Below are positions 34,944 through 45,019 of a DNA stretch of 64,000 nucleotides, in pieces. The DNA comes from Candidatus Thorarchaeota archaeon AB_25 (GTDB lineage Archaea; Asgardarchaeota; Thorarchaeia; Thorarchaeales; Thorarchaeaceae): NCBI GenBank assembly GCA_001940705.1, contig MEHG01000001.1:25128-89127 (forward strand). Direction: 5' to 3'. Every line of letters begins with the position of its first letter. The stretch's first letter is position 1. Both the position numbers and the translations under genes were made by a program. A model generated the notes under the pieces. That model was not told where the DNA came from and ran no database searches. It saw only the letters and a program-made list of their open reading frames with translations.

Positions 34944-36944
34944 TCAGAAGATACGGAGCAACCAATACACAGCCTGTCTTACAAATCGTAAATCCTGATC
35001 AGACCTATACAGATTGTTCAGTGCCCAGTTATCTAAGAAAAAGTTGCTTCCAGTAGCAATAAGCCGTCCACCATAACTGTTTTCAAGACCAGCTAAGACG
35101 GTCCGATTTTCCGTATATAATGTGCCATTTGTATCTACCCAATTATATTCAGTCCAAGCAATCTCATAGGTATCTCCAGTCAAGTTGAGTGAACAGCCAT
35201 TGTAATCAAATGAGTCCACAAGATTTGTAATGTTGTGAGGAATCATATCGGTTATCAGACAAGTTGATGAAATCCCGTTGACAATGATTGTTATACTGGG
35301 AATATGGTCGTTTACTAGAGTGATATTGAAGAGATTGAATAGATCATTCGCATGAGTATGGTCAATGCTTGAATTAGAAAGTCCTACTAGGAAAAGATTA
35401 CCACCATTTGCATAATAATCAGCATAAGCTGCAAGCTCTTCTGGTGTATACGTATAGATTCCTAACTTTCTATAGGCGAAATCATCTGCAACAGTTGCCC
35501 ATGCACAGGGGTCCAATACAAAGACACCATCATACATCGAGAGAACATCTAGAGTTAGATTATCAGTCTCTCTTAACTCATCTACTGCAATTCCTGTCGA
35601 GGTAAGTATATAGTAGAGCTGTCTGAACTGCCCGTAGATTGAATCACTCGACCAAGACGTATGACTGATATCAAATGCTACGTTCCGGAGAGCAACAATA
35701 GCATTAACCTCCAAGTCGATTCTCATTTGTAGATAACCTGAAGCGGAGAGAGAAATTGAGGCTTCTACATCTTCTACTATACCTGAGGACTCAACTTTCA
35801 AATCAACGTCATAAGAGCCGGTTTGATTCACAGAGATTGAGGTTGGACCATCTAGCCATTTGCTCCCAACCCCACGATAGCTAATAGAAAAGGTGTCATA
35901 ATCTGATGCAAAGACTGAGATGCGTATCTTGGATGTGTGGTTGACAAAATACCGTTCAAAGGAGAAAGGTGTTTCAGTGGGAGTGACGACAGCAATTAGA
36001 GGAAGACTATCACGTTTCTCGACAAAGTCGATATAGAGCAACGTAGTTACTAGATCAAACAAACCAGCTCCGACTTGCCATTCTTCATATGGTAGTGTAG
36101 AGGCACCAATCATCACAGCTGCTTTTACCATCCCAGGGGTCCATGACCAACCGTTCGTTATGCAATGTGAGATGATCTTGGCCACGCCTGCGGCTACAAT
36201 AGGAGCTGCAAAACTAGTTCCTAGTACAGTTCGCCCGTTTTCGCTGTAGCTGCCAAATGCTGAGATGTCTGGTTTCATTGTCCGATCTCTTAGGGGACCT
36301 CTAGCTGAGAAGGAATATAATTCGTTGTAACTATCAATCGCGGCTACTGCAATAACTTCAGGATACATAGCAGGTGATTCAACCGAGCTTCCGCTGATAC
36401 CATTCTGACCATTATTGCCTGCTGCGGCAACAATTGAAACACCACGATCGAATGCCCACTGAACAGCTTCACCCACCAGGTCATTGTCGATTGGTGCTAT
36501 TCCTAAACTTAGATTTATGACACTGCAATTCTCTTCTAGTACAACCCACCTGATAGCCTCAAATATAGCAATAGGTGTAGCAACATCATTTTCAGCCACA
36601 ACCTTTGCATTCACAAGTGCAGCATCGGTTGCTTCAGAAGCAATGATTGTAGCAACGTATGTCCCGTGAGGTATGCCAAGTGGACTACTATCCATTGTTG
36701 AGTTGTCATCTTCAGAATAGCCATATGATGTATTTACAAAACTCCTCTCCGCAACAACTCTGGGTTCCAGCTCTTGATTGATATTTATTCCAGAGTCTAT
36801 GACAGCAACTCTCACAGCTAGATCAGGTATTGAATAAGTTGGGGGAATCATGTATAGTCCGGCTATACTCCCTATGATGATTATAGTGGAGAGTAGTAAG
36901 ACTGTACCTCTTCGTCGTTTGGGTTCAGTACCATCATCCACCAT
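34944..36944 (-). CDS. Membrane-anchored subtilisin-like (S8) serine peptidase with a ~330-aa uncharacterised C-terminal region
   Basis: Catalytic triad contexts VAVIDSGI, HGTYVA and GTSFAAP. N-terminal TM segment VLLLSTIIIIGSIAGLYMI. Confidence 0.85.
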   Translation of the reverse strand: MVDDGTEPKRRRGTVLLLSTIIIIGSIAGLYMIPPTYSIPDLAVRVAVIDSGININQELEPRVVAERSFVNTSYGYSEDDNSTMDSSPLGIPHGTYVATIIASEATDAALVNAKVVAENDVATPIAIFEAIRWVVLEENCSVINLSLGIAPIDNDLVGEAVQWAFDRGVSIVAAAGNNGQNGISGSSVESPAMYPEVIAVAAIDSYNELYSFSARGPLRDRTMKPDISAFGSYSENGRTVLGTSFAAPIVAAGVAKIISHCITNGWSWTPGMVKAAVMIGASTLPYEEWQVGAGLFDLVTTLLYIDFVEKRDSLPLIAVVTPTETPFSFERYFVNHTSKIRISVFASDYDTFSISYRGVGSKWLDGPTSISVNQTGSYDVDLKVESSGIVEDVEASISLSASGYLQMRIDLEVNAIVALRNVAFDISHTSWSSDSIYGQFRQLYYILTSTGIAVDELRETDNLTLDVLSMYDGVFVLDPCAWATVADDFAYRKLGIYTYTPEELAAYADYYANGGNLFLVGLSNSSIDHTHANDLFNLFNITLVNDHIPSITIIVNGISSTCLITDMIPHNITNLVDSFDYNGCSLNLTGDTYEIAWTEYNWVDTNGTLYTENRTVLAGLENSYGGRLIATGSNFFLDNWALNNLYRSDQDLRFVRQAVYWLLRIF

Positions 36945-37082
36945 CCATACTCAACTCGTTTGAGTTTAGGTCTATCACCAATGAGGCTCCTTAAAATCCT
37001 AATGAGGTGGCTATAAAGTCTGTTTGGAAGAAGCAATCTCTAAGATGATGTAAACCAAATCCTTAATTCATTTGCAAAACCT

Positions 37083-37913
37083 GTGAACCAGAGGTTGCAT
37101 CAATTGGTCATGGATGACCCTGACTTATACGAACTTGAGGAAGCAACGGGCATTGGCATCTTCGAACCTGGAACCCTCCTAGAGAATGAGATTGACAAGA
37201 ATCAAATGATTGGTGTATTAGCCTATACAGCTTTGGGCATGGTCCTGATGGTAATAGCTACTATCGTGATCATGGTTCCATTGATGATGACGCCACTCAT
37301 TGTGATTGATATCTACTCATACTACATATACATCGATCCGCTTGCAATGCTAATTCTGACCGTTGCAGAGATTGCATTCGTCATACCCCCCTTGTATTAT
37401 ATTAGAAAACGTGGACTTCCAAAGTCAGCAATAGGCATCAAGAATATGCTTTCAGGAAAGGATGCTCTCCTTGGTATCTTTATTGGACTCTTGATGCTTG
37501 GTGCAAACCTTGTAATATCGTGGTTCGTTACGACTGCAACAGGCCCTCCATCTTCAGGAACCGACGACCTTTTGGTTGCGAGAAATCTAGCTGAAATGAT
37601 TGGATGGTCATTTGTCATGTTTGTGTTTGTTGCATTCACTGAGGAACTCATTTTCAGAGGGTTCATGCAAAGGCGTATGGAGATGTATTTCAGAGGTCGT
37701 GGAACAGCGAACTACAAGCTTGTTGCGCTACTAATCAGCAGTTTCATTTTTGGAGCAATTCATTTCGACATCATTGGACTTCCAACAAGGTTCGTACTTG
37801 GAATGTTTCTTGGTGACCTGGCGCAAAGAAGGAGTTACAATATTCTAGGTCCATCTATTGCTCATGGAATGAATAATGCCATTGTGATCATCCTGGCTAG
37901 TCTAGGTTTCTGA
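37083..37913 (+). CDS. CPBP (CAAX/Abi) family intramembrane metalloprotease (second copy)
   Basis: FTEELIFRGF, FGAIHF, AHGMNN. Confidence 0.8.
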   Translation: MNQRLHQLVMDDPDLYELEEATGIGIFEPGTLLENEIDKNQMIGVLAYTALGMVLMVIATIVIMVPLMMTPLIVIDIYSYYIYIDPLAMLILTVAEIAFVIPPLYYIRKRGLPKSAIGIKNMLSGKDALLGIFIGLLMLGANLVISWFVTTATGPPSSGTDDLLVARNLAEMIGWSFVMFVFVAFTEELIFRGFMQRRMEMYFRGRGTANYKLVALLISSFIFGAIHFDIIGLPTRFVLGMFLGDLAQRRSYNILGPSIAHGMNNAIVIILASLGF

Positions 37914-37923
37914 AAAATAATAA

Positions 37924-37946
37924 GGGATCTGACATTAGCAGATCCC
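37924..37946. terminator. Hairpin between convergent genes
   Basis: GGGATCTG (37924-31) pairs with CAGATCCC (37939-46). No strong T-run. Confidence 0.3.
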
Positions 37947-37988
37947 GGTATTCATCTAGTACAATGTGAGTGCCGATTGTAGCGAATC

Positions 37989-38192
37989 TCACGCATCGTA
38001 CTTGAAAGCCACTTTAATGTTAGCTCGGAAAGCTACGACCTTGTTATCATCCACCTTGCAGGTGAAATGATCAACATCAATTCCTACAATACCCCTGACA
38101 CTCTTCGCTGCAACTGCAAGGGCATTTTTGCAGGCGTTTTCCCAGCTATCAGGTGACTCACCGATTAATTCTATTACTTTAACTACACTCAT
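37989..38192 (-). CDS. Dodecin (small flavin-binding protein)
   Basis: 67 aa. The VVKVIELIGESPDSWENACKNAL...IKVAFKYD pattern is typical of dodecins. Confidence 0.8.
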   Translation of the reverse strand: MSVVKVIELIGESPDSWENACKNALAVAAKSVRGIVGIDVDHFTCKVDDNKVVAFRANIKVAFKYDA

Positions 38193-38272
38193 GAACTATC
38201 AGACCTCCTTGCTAAGGTTGGAATTCGAGCCTTAAGGGTCTTACCACACAAACAAGAATTTGGCAATAAGCA

Positions 38273-39466
38273 CTATGCCAAAGTTGTTCGACGTGCAAAT
38301 ATGAACCAAGCAAGTAGAATGAGAATCAATGAAAATTCTAGAATGATTAAGATATCACCTGTAAACTCAGCAAGTGCTACACCCTTGAATGCAGTGTCAG
38401 ACATCATAACTCGACCGAGATTGAGTGGGAAATAGTCATCGATTAGACCGACATCCATAAACCCAGTTCCTACAATCGTACTACCAAAAAGAAGGAATAG
38501 GAACGATTGATTTGCTTGGAGTCGTGTTGTAACAATAGTAGAGATCACCACACCAAGAGCAGATCCAGAGAGTGACATAAGCCCAAGGACAATATTCATC
38601 GTAAGATATTGAGCCCAGACATCAATATTAAACAAAACCTGCCAGAGAACAAGTAGGAATTGTGCTTGGAGCATTCCAACCATGAAATAAGCACAAACTT
38701 TTGCAAGTATAGCTTCCATCTTGCTCGCGGGTGTTAGAAGCATTCTGTTAAGGGGAACATCTCCAACTATAGCCTGTGCCGCCGTGGCAGCAACACCTAT
38801 GAACACAGAGAACACAATCATGAAAACTCCGAAGGTAGCCTCAAATCCTCCGGAACCAGGAGGTTGAAACTCAGCAACCATATCAGTATCAATCTCTCCT
38901 CTGATCCATCCATGGTCAGAACGAAATTCTTGCACAACTCTGTTGAAGGTTGAAAAGACAGTTGTTTGGCTCGCGAAATCTGTACTGCTGACGTGGATGT
39001 CTACGAACGCAGGAATGTCCCCTGTTATGTTTCCTTCAAAGCCATATGGGATCACAGCATATGCTTGAACTCTATCAAAGTAGAGTGCATCTAATGCCTC
39101 AACTTCCGTTTCAAACACTGTTATAATGAAGTCAGGACTGTTCGTGAGATACCAGGTAAAATTCTCCGATAGATCTTCCCCAGGGAAAGTATTAGTTGGA
39201 TCAATATCAACGAGACCCATTCTGATTGCGTCTTCATTTTTGCCTGTTTCAGGTGAAACGCCAATAGCACCCTGGTTTGTGACTGCCCACATTGTCCCCA
39301 TAATCATTGTGGGTAGGATGAATACAAGCAGTAACGCAAACTTATCGTTTTGAACCAATCTGAGTTCCTTTAGGAACATTGACCAGATGCGCCACATCTT
39401 TGTGTTCTTCTTCTTTCCTACCTTAGACAAACGTAATTCACCTGACTCGTCAGTCTGGTTCTTCAA
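38273..39466 (-). CDS. ABC-2-type transporter permease with a large extracytoplasmic loop (no ATPase partner adjacent)
   Basis: N-terminal FLKELRLVQNDKF, one TM, a ~170-aa loop, then 5 TM segments. Alternative start at 39397. Confidence 0.6.
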   Translation of the reverse strand: MKNQTDESGELRLSKVGKKKNTKMWRIWSMFLKELRLVQNDKFALLLVFILPTMIMGTMWAVTNQGAIGVSPETGKNEDAIRMGLVDIDPTNTFPGEDLSENFTWYLTNSPDFIITVFETEVEALDALYFDRVQAYAVIPYGFEGNITGDIPAFVDIHVSSTDFASQTTVFSTFNRVVQEFRSDHGWIRGEIDTDMVAEFQPPGSGGFEATFGVFMIVFSVFIGVAATAAQAIVGDVPLNRMLLTPASKMEAILAKVCAYFMVGMLQAQFLLVLWQVLFNIDVWAQYLTMNIVLGLMSLSGSALGVVISTIVTTRLQANQSFLFLLFGSTIVGTGFMDVGLIDDYFPLNLGRVMMSDTAFKGVALAEFTGDILIILEFSLILILLAWFIFARRTTLA

Positions 39467-39497
39467 CTGCAGACCTTTTATGGGTTTTCTGCTGGCC

Positions 39498-40403
39498 TTA
39501 TGATTTAAGAAAACCTAGAACTTCAGCGCTCATCAAAAGGTAAAGGACCATCGTGCTTGAATCACCCCAAGTTTGAGCATGTTCTTGGACTTGTTTTGTT
39601 GTCATCCTTCGACCTTGATTGTACAGATTCCCTAGAATCTTCTGAATAACGAGATCACTATATGCAAAACCTGTGAAGTTTCCAAGACCAGCCAAGGACA
39701 GCACTCGAATGGTCCATTCTCCAATACCTCTTATTGGTTTCAGTGCTGTATATACTTCTTCGTAGGGAACTCCTATGAAGGAATCGAGTTCTAGCTCACC
39801 TTCAAACACTAGACGTGCAGCTCTGTGAATATACTCGACCTTGTAACCAAATCCAAATTCTCGCAAAGCATCCATTCCAGTTTCTGTAATCGTGCGAGCA
39901 TCTGGAAAGTAGTACCAAGACTGGTTCTTGAACGATACGGGTCTAGTAAGCCCAAATATCATTCTCTTTGTGAAGACGTTTGCAGATTTATACGAAACCT
40001 GTTGTTGAATGATTGTCTTGATTAACGCTTCATATGGAGTCGGTGACATATAGGGTCTAACACCAGAAACTAGAGGGGCAAGATGTGATATGATTGGATC
40101 TTCACTTATTTGTTTCAGCGCAACATCAATTTTGAAATCGAGATTAAGGGTTCTTTTAACCAACGCTCGTAGAGTTCGGTTTTCTATATCATTCTCGGAG
40201 TAGTCAACTCGTAGAGACCCCCCAGGGTTCTTTTGCTGGATGATAAGTGCCACATGTTGGTTATCAATACTATAAACGCGACCAAAGTATCCATCTCCAG
40301 TTCTTTCAGGGACCGGTTGGATATCTGGGTATATCCAGGAATGCACTGAAGACAGTAGATTGTAACCACTTGGAACGTTCACGCGGAATGACAAATCAAT
40401 CAC
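39498..40403 (-). CDS. HhH-GPD superfamily DNA glycosylase (AlkA/Ogg-like)
   Basis: IIQQQVSYKSA, HhH LKPIRGIGEWTIRVL, catalytic-Asp context AYSDLVIQK. Confidence 0.75.
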   Translation of the reverse strand: MIDLSFRVNVPSGYNLLSSVHSWIYPDIQPVPERTGDGYFGRVYSIDNQHVALIIQQKNPGGSLRVDYSENDIENRTLRALVKRTLNLDFKIDVALKQISEDPIISHLAPLVSGVRPYMSPTPYEALIKTIIQQQVSYKSANVFTKRMIFGLTRPVSFKNQSWYYFPDARTITETGMDALREFGFGYKVEYIHRAARLVFEGELELDSFIGVPYEEVYTALKPIRGIGEWTIRVLSLAGLGNFTGFAYSDLVIQKILGNLYNQGRRMTTKQVQEHAQTWGDSSTMVLYLLMSAEVLGFLKS

Positions 40404-40731
40404 TCTTAGAAAGACTCAGCATCTGCTAGATTGATGTCCAGCAGACGCTTGTTATTGAGTTAGTATTGCTGGTCAGAACGAGTCTGATACTACTCCTTAT
40501 CCTTTTTGAAAGGGTTCTTCTTGAAGGGGTTCTTTGGAGCGTGCAATTTGAGTTTGAAAGTATCCTTAACCTTTTCATTAGTTGAGTCTTTTTCTTCACT
40601 CAATTATCTTTCCTCACAAACCACAGTGTGGCCTTCTTGATTGTGTAATGAGTCTATTTGAATATATCATACATTCAAATACAGAGCATCAGGATTATAA
40701 CAAGGCCATATGAAGTGAAACAGGAGATACA

Positions 40732-41079
40732 ATGGAGAGCAAATCTAGTTTCTCGTTGGATGCACCTATCGTGCGATTATCACTGATGGTCCTTGTCACC
40801 ATTTTACTTAATTTTGGATTGTTCTTCATTCTGAATTTCCTAGCGCCTCTAGTCACAGGACTTGTTGTTGGATTCTTGATTGCGAAAATAAGATATGGTG
40901 TGGCTGTTGGGTTCATAGGGAACATTCTCAGCTACTGCATTGTCTTTGTTATGACTGAGTGGTTCATAGGGTTTACAACTCCGCTCCTTGATGTTGCTAT
41001 AGCGGTTCTCATAATGGGAGGAATTGGTGCTGGTGGCGGATTGATTGGGTCTCTTATTTCAACGAAAATACGCAGATAA
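40732..41079 (+). CDS. Small hypothetical membrane protein (115 aa)
   Basis: Three to four hydrophobic segments. Track ORF. Confidence 0.45.
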   Translation: MESKSSFSLDAPIVRLSLMVLVTILLNFGLFFILNFLAPLVTGLVVGFLIAKIRYGVAVGFIGNILSYCIVFVMTEWFIGFTTPLLDVAIAVLIMGGIGAGGGLIGSLISTKIRR

Positions 41080-41080
41080 T

Positions 41081-42325
41081 TCATGTATCAACAACTATTC
41101 TTCCGGGAGTGAATTGAGCATTTGGACCAACTGTGGAACTTCTCAATGGATTGCCAAATAACATCCATTCTGATACCGAAACAGCATTGTCAATTGTCAG
41201 GGTGGTTGTTTCTCCTTTTCGCACATTCTCGAGCTCTGCGAATACTTTTGGTTCAAGGTTTTCTGTCAGAGTCTTGTCAACAGCCAGCTTCACTTCACCT
41301 ATGAGTTCGTGAGAGTCTAGCAGATCGAGAAATCCAAACTTCCATCCATCACAATAAGCACAGGTCCGCCAATCATCGAATGGTTTGACATTATTCATAG
41401 TGTCAAGAGTCGCACCAATGTAGGAGGCTCCTGAGTTCAAGAACGCTTTCAGTAGGGGGCCTTCCAGTGCAGTACTGCAGGCTTCTGAATACACGACAGG
41501 ATACCCTTCGAACTTGATTGCTGAAGCCTGATTGTGACTTAGGATGACCGAGTTGTGGGTGGCCCATCTGTCCGGAGTGCCATGAATACGTGCTGTGAAC
41601 ACACCATCTGAGAATTGAAGGATGAATTCACTGACTGAGAGTAATTTCGCTTCATCCTCGGTATATCGATTTAGTACTTCTACATCGAACCCAAGTTCAG
41701 CAAGTGCTTTGACATGTATATCAGATCTAGTTGGTTGACTATCAAAGACGATAGCTATATCGCTATCAACAATGAATGGGTCCATGTGATAGAGGACTGT
41801 TGTAGGAGGTCCGAATATCCGACCAAAGGGGAAATCTGGGATACCATCACCATCTAGATCCTGAATGAACCAATCAGTGAAGGCATAGTCACCGTCGTAT
41901 GAGATTTGAGTCGCGGGAAGTTCCTTATTGGTACCGATAAGAAGAGCACCCTTGTGATAACTAGGGTCATAATTCTCCCTAATCGTCTTCTGAGTGAGGA
42001 CCCAAGAACGACCCTTTTCTACAATAAAGTCGGACCCAAGTTCTTTGGCCTTACGCTCGTATTGAGCAGCATTCTCATCTCCTACCCTGCCACAGACAAC
42101 AAGCATTCGTTTGAGAAGATCTCGGCTCATCTTCCCAACATCAAAAGCAAGCTCTTCATCAACTCTTTTCTTTCTGAACTTCTTCTTGATTTCGTTGATG
42201 GTTCCAAGACCCCTTTTACTGATGATGTTCATGACAGACAAGTCATCATCAAAAGTGATAATTACTGTTACTGGTGTAGCTGCCAACAGGTTACTGAGCA
42301 GGAAATGAGTGTGGAATGACTTCAA
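41081..42325 (-). CDS. Peptidase C25 (gingipain/caspase-fold)-like protein, no obvious signal peptide
   Basis: YDGDYAFTDWFIQDLDGDGIPDFPFGRI, His-Gly context RIHGTPDRW, Cys context VYSEACSTAL, C-terminal MLFGNPL. The track start overlaps the divergent HAD start; alternative ATG at 42232. Confidence 0.4.
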   Translation of the reverse strand: MKSFHTHFLLSNLLAATPVTVIITFDDDLSVMNIISKRGLGTINEIKKKFRKKRVDEELAFDVGKMSRDLLKRMLVVCGRVGDENAAQYERKAKELGSDFIVEKGRSWVLTQKTIRENYDPSYHKGALLIGTNKELPATQISYDGDYAFTDWFIQDLDGDGIPDFPFGRIFGPPTTVLYHMDPFIVDSDIAIVFDSQPTRSDIHVKALAELGFDVEVLNRYTEDEAKLLSVSEFILQFSDGVFTARIHGTPDRWATHNSVILSHNQASAIKFEGYPVVYSEACSTALEGPLLKAFLNSGASYIGATLDTMNNVKPFDDWRTCAYCDGWKFGFLDLLDSHELIGEVKLAVDKTLTENLEPKVFAELENVRKGETTTLTIDNAVSVSEWMLFGNPLRSSTVGPNAQFTPGRIVVDT

Positions 42326-42966
42326 GAATCAAGATAATCTCACTAGATTTGGATGGAGTCCTATTTGATGGATTTAGTGCTGTATTTGTGATAGCTCAAC
42401 AAATTGGGTTGAAAGACCAATATCTGGAACTTATCCAGAGGGCTGCTCAGGAGGAAATGACCCTAAGAGATACCGTCACTGAGGTCGCGAAGATATGGAA
42501 AGGAATACCTATCGATGCGACCTATCACTATCTTGTGAAGAGACTGCCACTGATGGAGGGTGCTGAGGAAACAGTGGCGACACTTCAAGAGTGGGGTTAT
42601 GATGTGGGTTGCATCTCAAGTGGAGTAAGTCAATTCTTTATGGAACCATTTGCTCGAAGACTGAATCTGGATTTCGCATACTCCCACATACTTGGCTCAG
42701 AGAATGAGGTTCATGATGGAACGGTGCAGTTCATCATGGGGGGTCCAGAGAAAGCCACGATAATATGGCAGTATGCTCAGATCAAAGAGCATCCACTGGA
42801 TAGTATCGCGAGCGTAGGAAATGGTTTCAATGATATTGACCTATTCAATATTTCTTCATTCAGTGTAGCATTCAATCCAGTGGACAAGAAAGTGAGTGAT
42901 GCAGCCTCGGTAACCATTGAGTCCAAAGACCTGCGTTCTATCCTACCACACTTCGAGAGACTCTAG
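42316..42966 (+). CDS. HAD-superfamily phosphatase (SerB-like)
   Basis: ISLDLDGVLF (DxDxV), ISSGVSQF, GNGFNDIDL. Confidence 0.75.
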   Translation: MTSRIKIISLDLDGVLFDGFSAVFVIAQQIGLKDQYLELIQRAAQEEMTLRDTVTEVAKIWKGIPIDATYHYLVKRLPLMEGAEETVATLQEWGYDVGCISSGVSQFFMEPFARRLNLDFAYSHILGSENEVHDGTVQFIMGGPEKATIIWQYAQIKEHPLDSIASVGNGFNDIDLFNISSFSVAFNPVDKKVSDAASVTIESKDLRSILPHFERL

Positions 42967-44099
42967 CCAAGAATCTTGTTGAACGCTTGCTTGATGTGTT
43001 CCTTGTCCTCATTAGTAAGAAGGGGATGCACAGGAATGTCGAAGTGTCTTAGTCCAATTTCTTCAGACACTGGAAGAGTCAATGCTGAATAATCTGGATA
43101 GTCGACGAACTTTGACCAACGCCACTTCTGGATGTTAAGGTATGTATCCTGCTTGTGACAAGGCAATGCATAGACCGCTCTTGATCCAACACCTTCATTT
43201 CTTAGAGCAGTAACAATCTCATCTCTGTTCATCTTGTCAGAGTAGAGTCGGGGTACATAGAGATGATATGATGATTTCAAACCCTCAACTTCTACCTGAG
43301 GTTTGATTGATTCAAACTCTGCGAAGAAGTCATCATATTCTTGTGCAATACTTCGTCTCTTTTTGACTGCTTCTGGTAATCGTTTGATCTGTTCGATTCC
43401 TATTGCAGACACAAGGTCCATCATCCGGTTGTTGTATCCAATTCTGAAATGACTATACCCACCCTGTTTTCCGCGACCATGGTTCTTGACCATCAGAATC
43501 TCATCATAGAGTTCTTCGTTGTCAGTGGTGATCATTCCACCTTCGCCGGTCATCATATTCTTGGTTGCATAGAACGAGAATGTGGCTACATGTCCAAGTG
43601 CACCTACTTTCTTTCCATCAACCTCAGCTCCATGAGCCTGGCAGGCATCCTCGATGACCTGCAGGTCATGAGAATCTGCTATATCCATGATATGCTTCAT
43701 GTCAGCAGGCATTCCAAAAATATGCACGGGCATGATTGCTCGGGTCTTGTCGGTGATTGCATCTTCAATCAAATCAGGGTCAATATTGTAGGAGTCCGGT
43801 TTGATATCTACAAAAACCGGGATTGCACCTACCATCGCAATAGAGTTTGCAGAGGCAATGAAAGTGAAGGGAGATGTGATAACCTCATCTCCAGGCTGAA
43901 TGTCCATGGCTTCAAGAGCAGTACTAAGAGCGGTAGTTCCATTACTGGTCACAGTCGCAAACTTAGTACCAGTATACTCAGCATACAGCTTCTCCAGCTC
44001 TCGAGAAACATTTCCCTCAGCTAGCATCCCTGATTCAAGGACACGTTTTACAGCTTCTATTTCCTCTTGACCAATTATCGGTTTAGTGAAAGGAATCAT
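42963..44099 (-). CDS. DegT/DnrJ/EryC1/StrS-family PLP-dependent sugar aminotransferase
   Basis: MIPFTKPIIGQEEIEAV, TSNGTTAL, FSFYATKNMMTGEGGMI (PLP Lys context). Confidence 0.85.
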   Translation of the reverse strand: MIPFTKPIIGQEEIEAVKRVLESGMLAEGNVSRELEKLYAEYTGTKFATVTSNGTTALSTALEAMDIQPGDEVITSPFTFIASANSIAMVGAIPVFVDIKPDSYNIDPDLIEDAITDKTRAIMPVHIFGMPADMKHIMDIADSHDLQVIEDACQAHGAEVDGKKVGALGHVATFSFYATKNMMTGEGGMITTDNEELYDEILMVKNHGRGKQGGYSHFRIGYNNRMMDLVSAIGIEQIKRLPEAVKKRRSIAQEYDDFFAEFESIKPQVEVEGLKSSYHLYVPRLYSDKMNRDEIVTALRNEGVGSRAVYALPCHKQDTYLNIQKWRWSKFVDYPDYSALTLPVSEEIGLRHFDIPVHPLLTNEDKEHIKQAFNKILG

Positions 44100-44164
44100 G
44101 CCAGTTCACTTGTGGCTGGAAACATCCAGAATAAAACCCTTTGGCCAGTGTGAAAGATGTACTG

Positions 44165-44731
44165 TTATGACGTGGTTGCTTCAGGTGTCGCATCAATCTC
44201 GGCTTGTATCTCTTTGTAGTAAGCTGTACGACGTCTGTTCTCAATAAGCCCGACAATACCGATTGATGCGCTCATCGACACAAGTGCCACAAGCATATAG
44301 ACCAAGTTAGCAAGATAGAAGATCATCGCCAGTGCAAGTCCACTCATGAATCCCGTAGAAGCTCTAGTGAAATTTGTTGTCTTTCTTGGAGTGAGTCTCT
44401 GACTCATCCAATCAATGATTGTTGTGTAACCAAGTGCTACAGAAACAAAGAACCAGAACCACTCAGGGATCAACTGAATTTGAAATATGAAGAGAAAGAG
44501 AAGACCTCCACCCAGCCCGCCATAGATTCCACTACAGCGACCGCATAGATAGAGTGATCGACCCATGATGGATACACGTAGGCAGTGACCATACATCGAA
44601 GGCGGATGATGTGAAAGAAGCATATGCATACCTTCACGAAAATCACCAGTTCGTTCGAATTCATCCATGCTATCAACCAAGAGCTCATCCGACTGTCTTG
44701 CGGCTTCATCTTCACTACTCACAGGTATCAC
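44165..44731 (-). CDS. DUF2085-like membrane protein
   Basis: HCLRVS...LCGRCSGIYGG motif followed by 4 TM segments. Confidence 0.55.
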   Translation of the reverse strand: MIPVSSEDEAARQSDELLVDSMDEFERTGDFREGMHMLLSHHPPSMYGHCLRVSIMGRSLYLCGRCSGIYGGLGGGLLFLFIFQIQLIPEWFWFFVSVALGYTTIIDWMSQRLTPRKTTNFTRASTGFMSGLALAMIFYLANLVYMLVALVSMSASIGIVGLIENRRRTAYYKEIQAEIDATPEATTS

Positions 44732-45019
44732 ACAATGACACTCCTTTTCTGCGACTCTTAAAACCTATCGCTTCAAGTCCAAATTCTATATTGATGAAAT
44801 TCTTAAAATATACTTTAAACATACGATTTATGCGTACGCTCAGTTAAAGAACCTCCACGGGATGAATAAACATCTACAGACAGCCTCTATCTTTCGTTCT
44901 GGTCATTTTCAGGGTTGTTTGGGGCGATATGTACGATTAAACAGAACGATAATGAGAGGATTTTAATGCAGGTTTATAGAATCATAATTCACTTAAACAA
45001 GATGTTGGAATGAATAACG

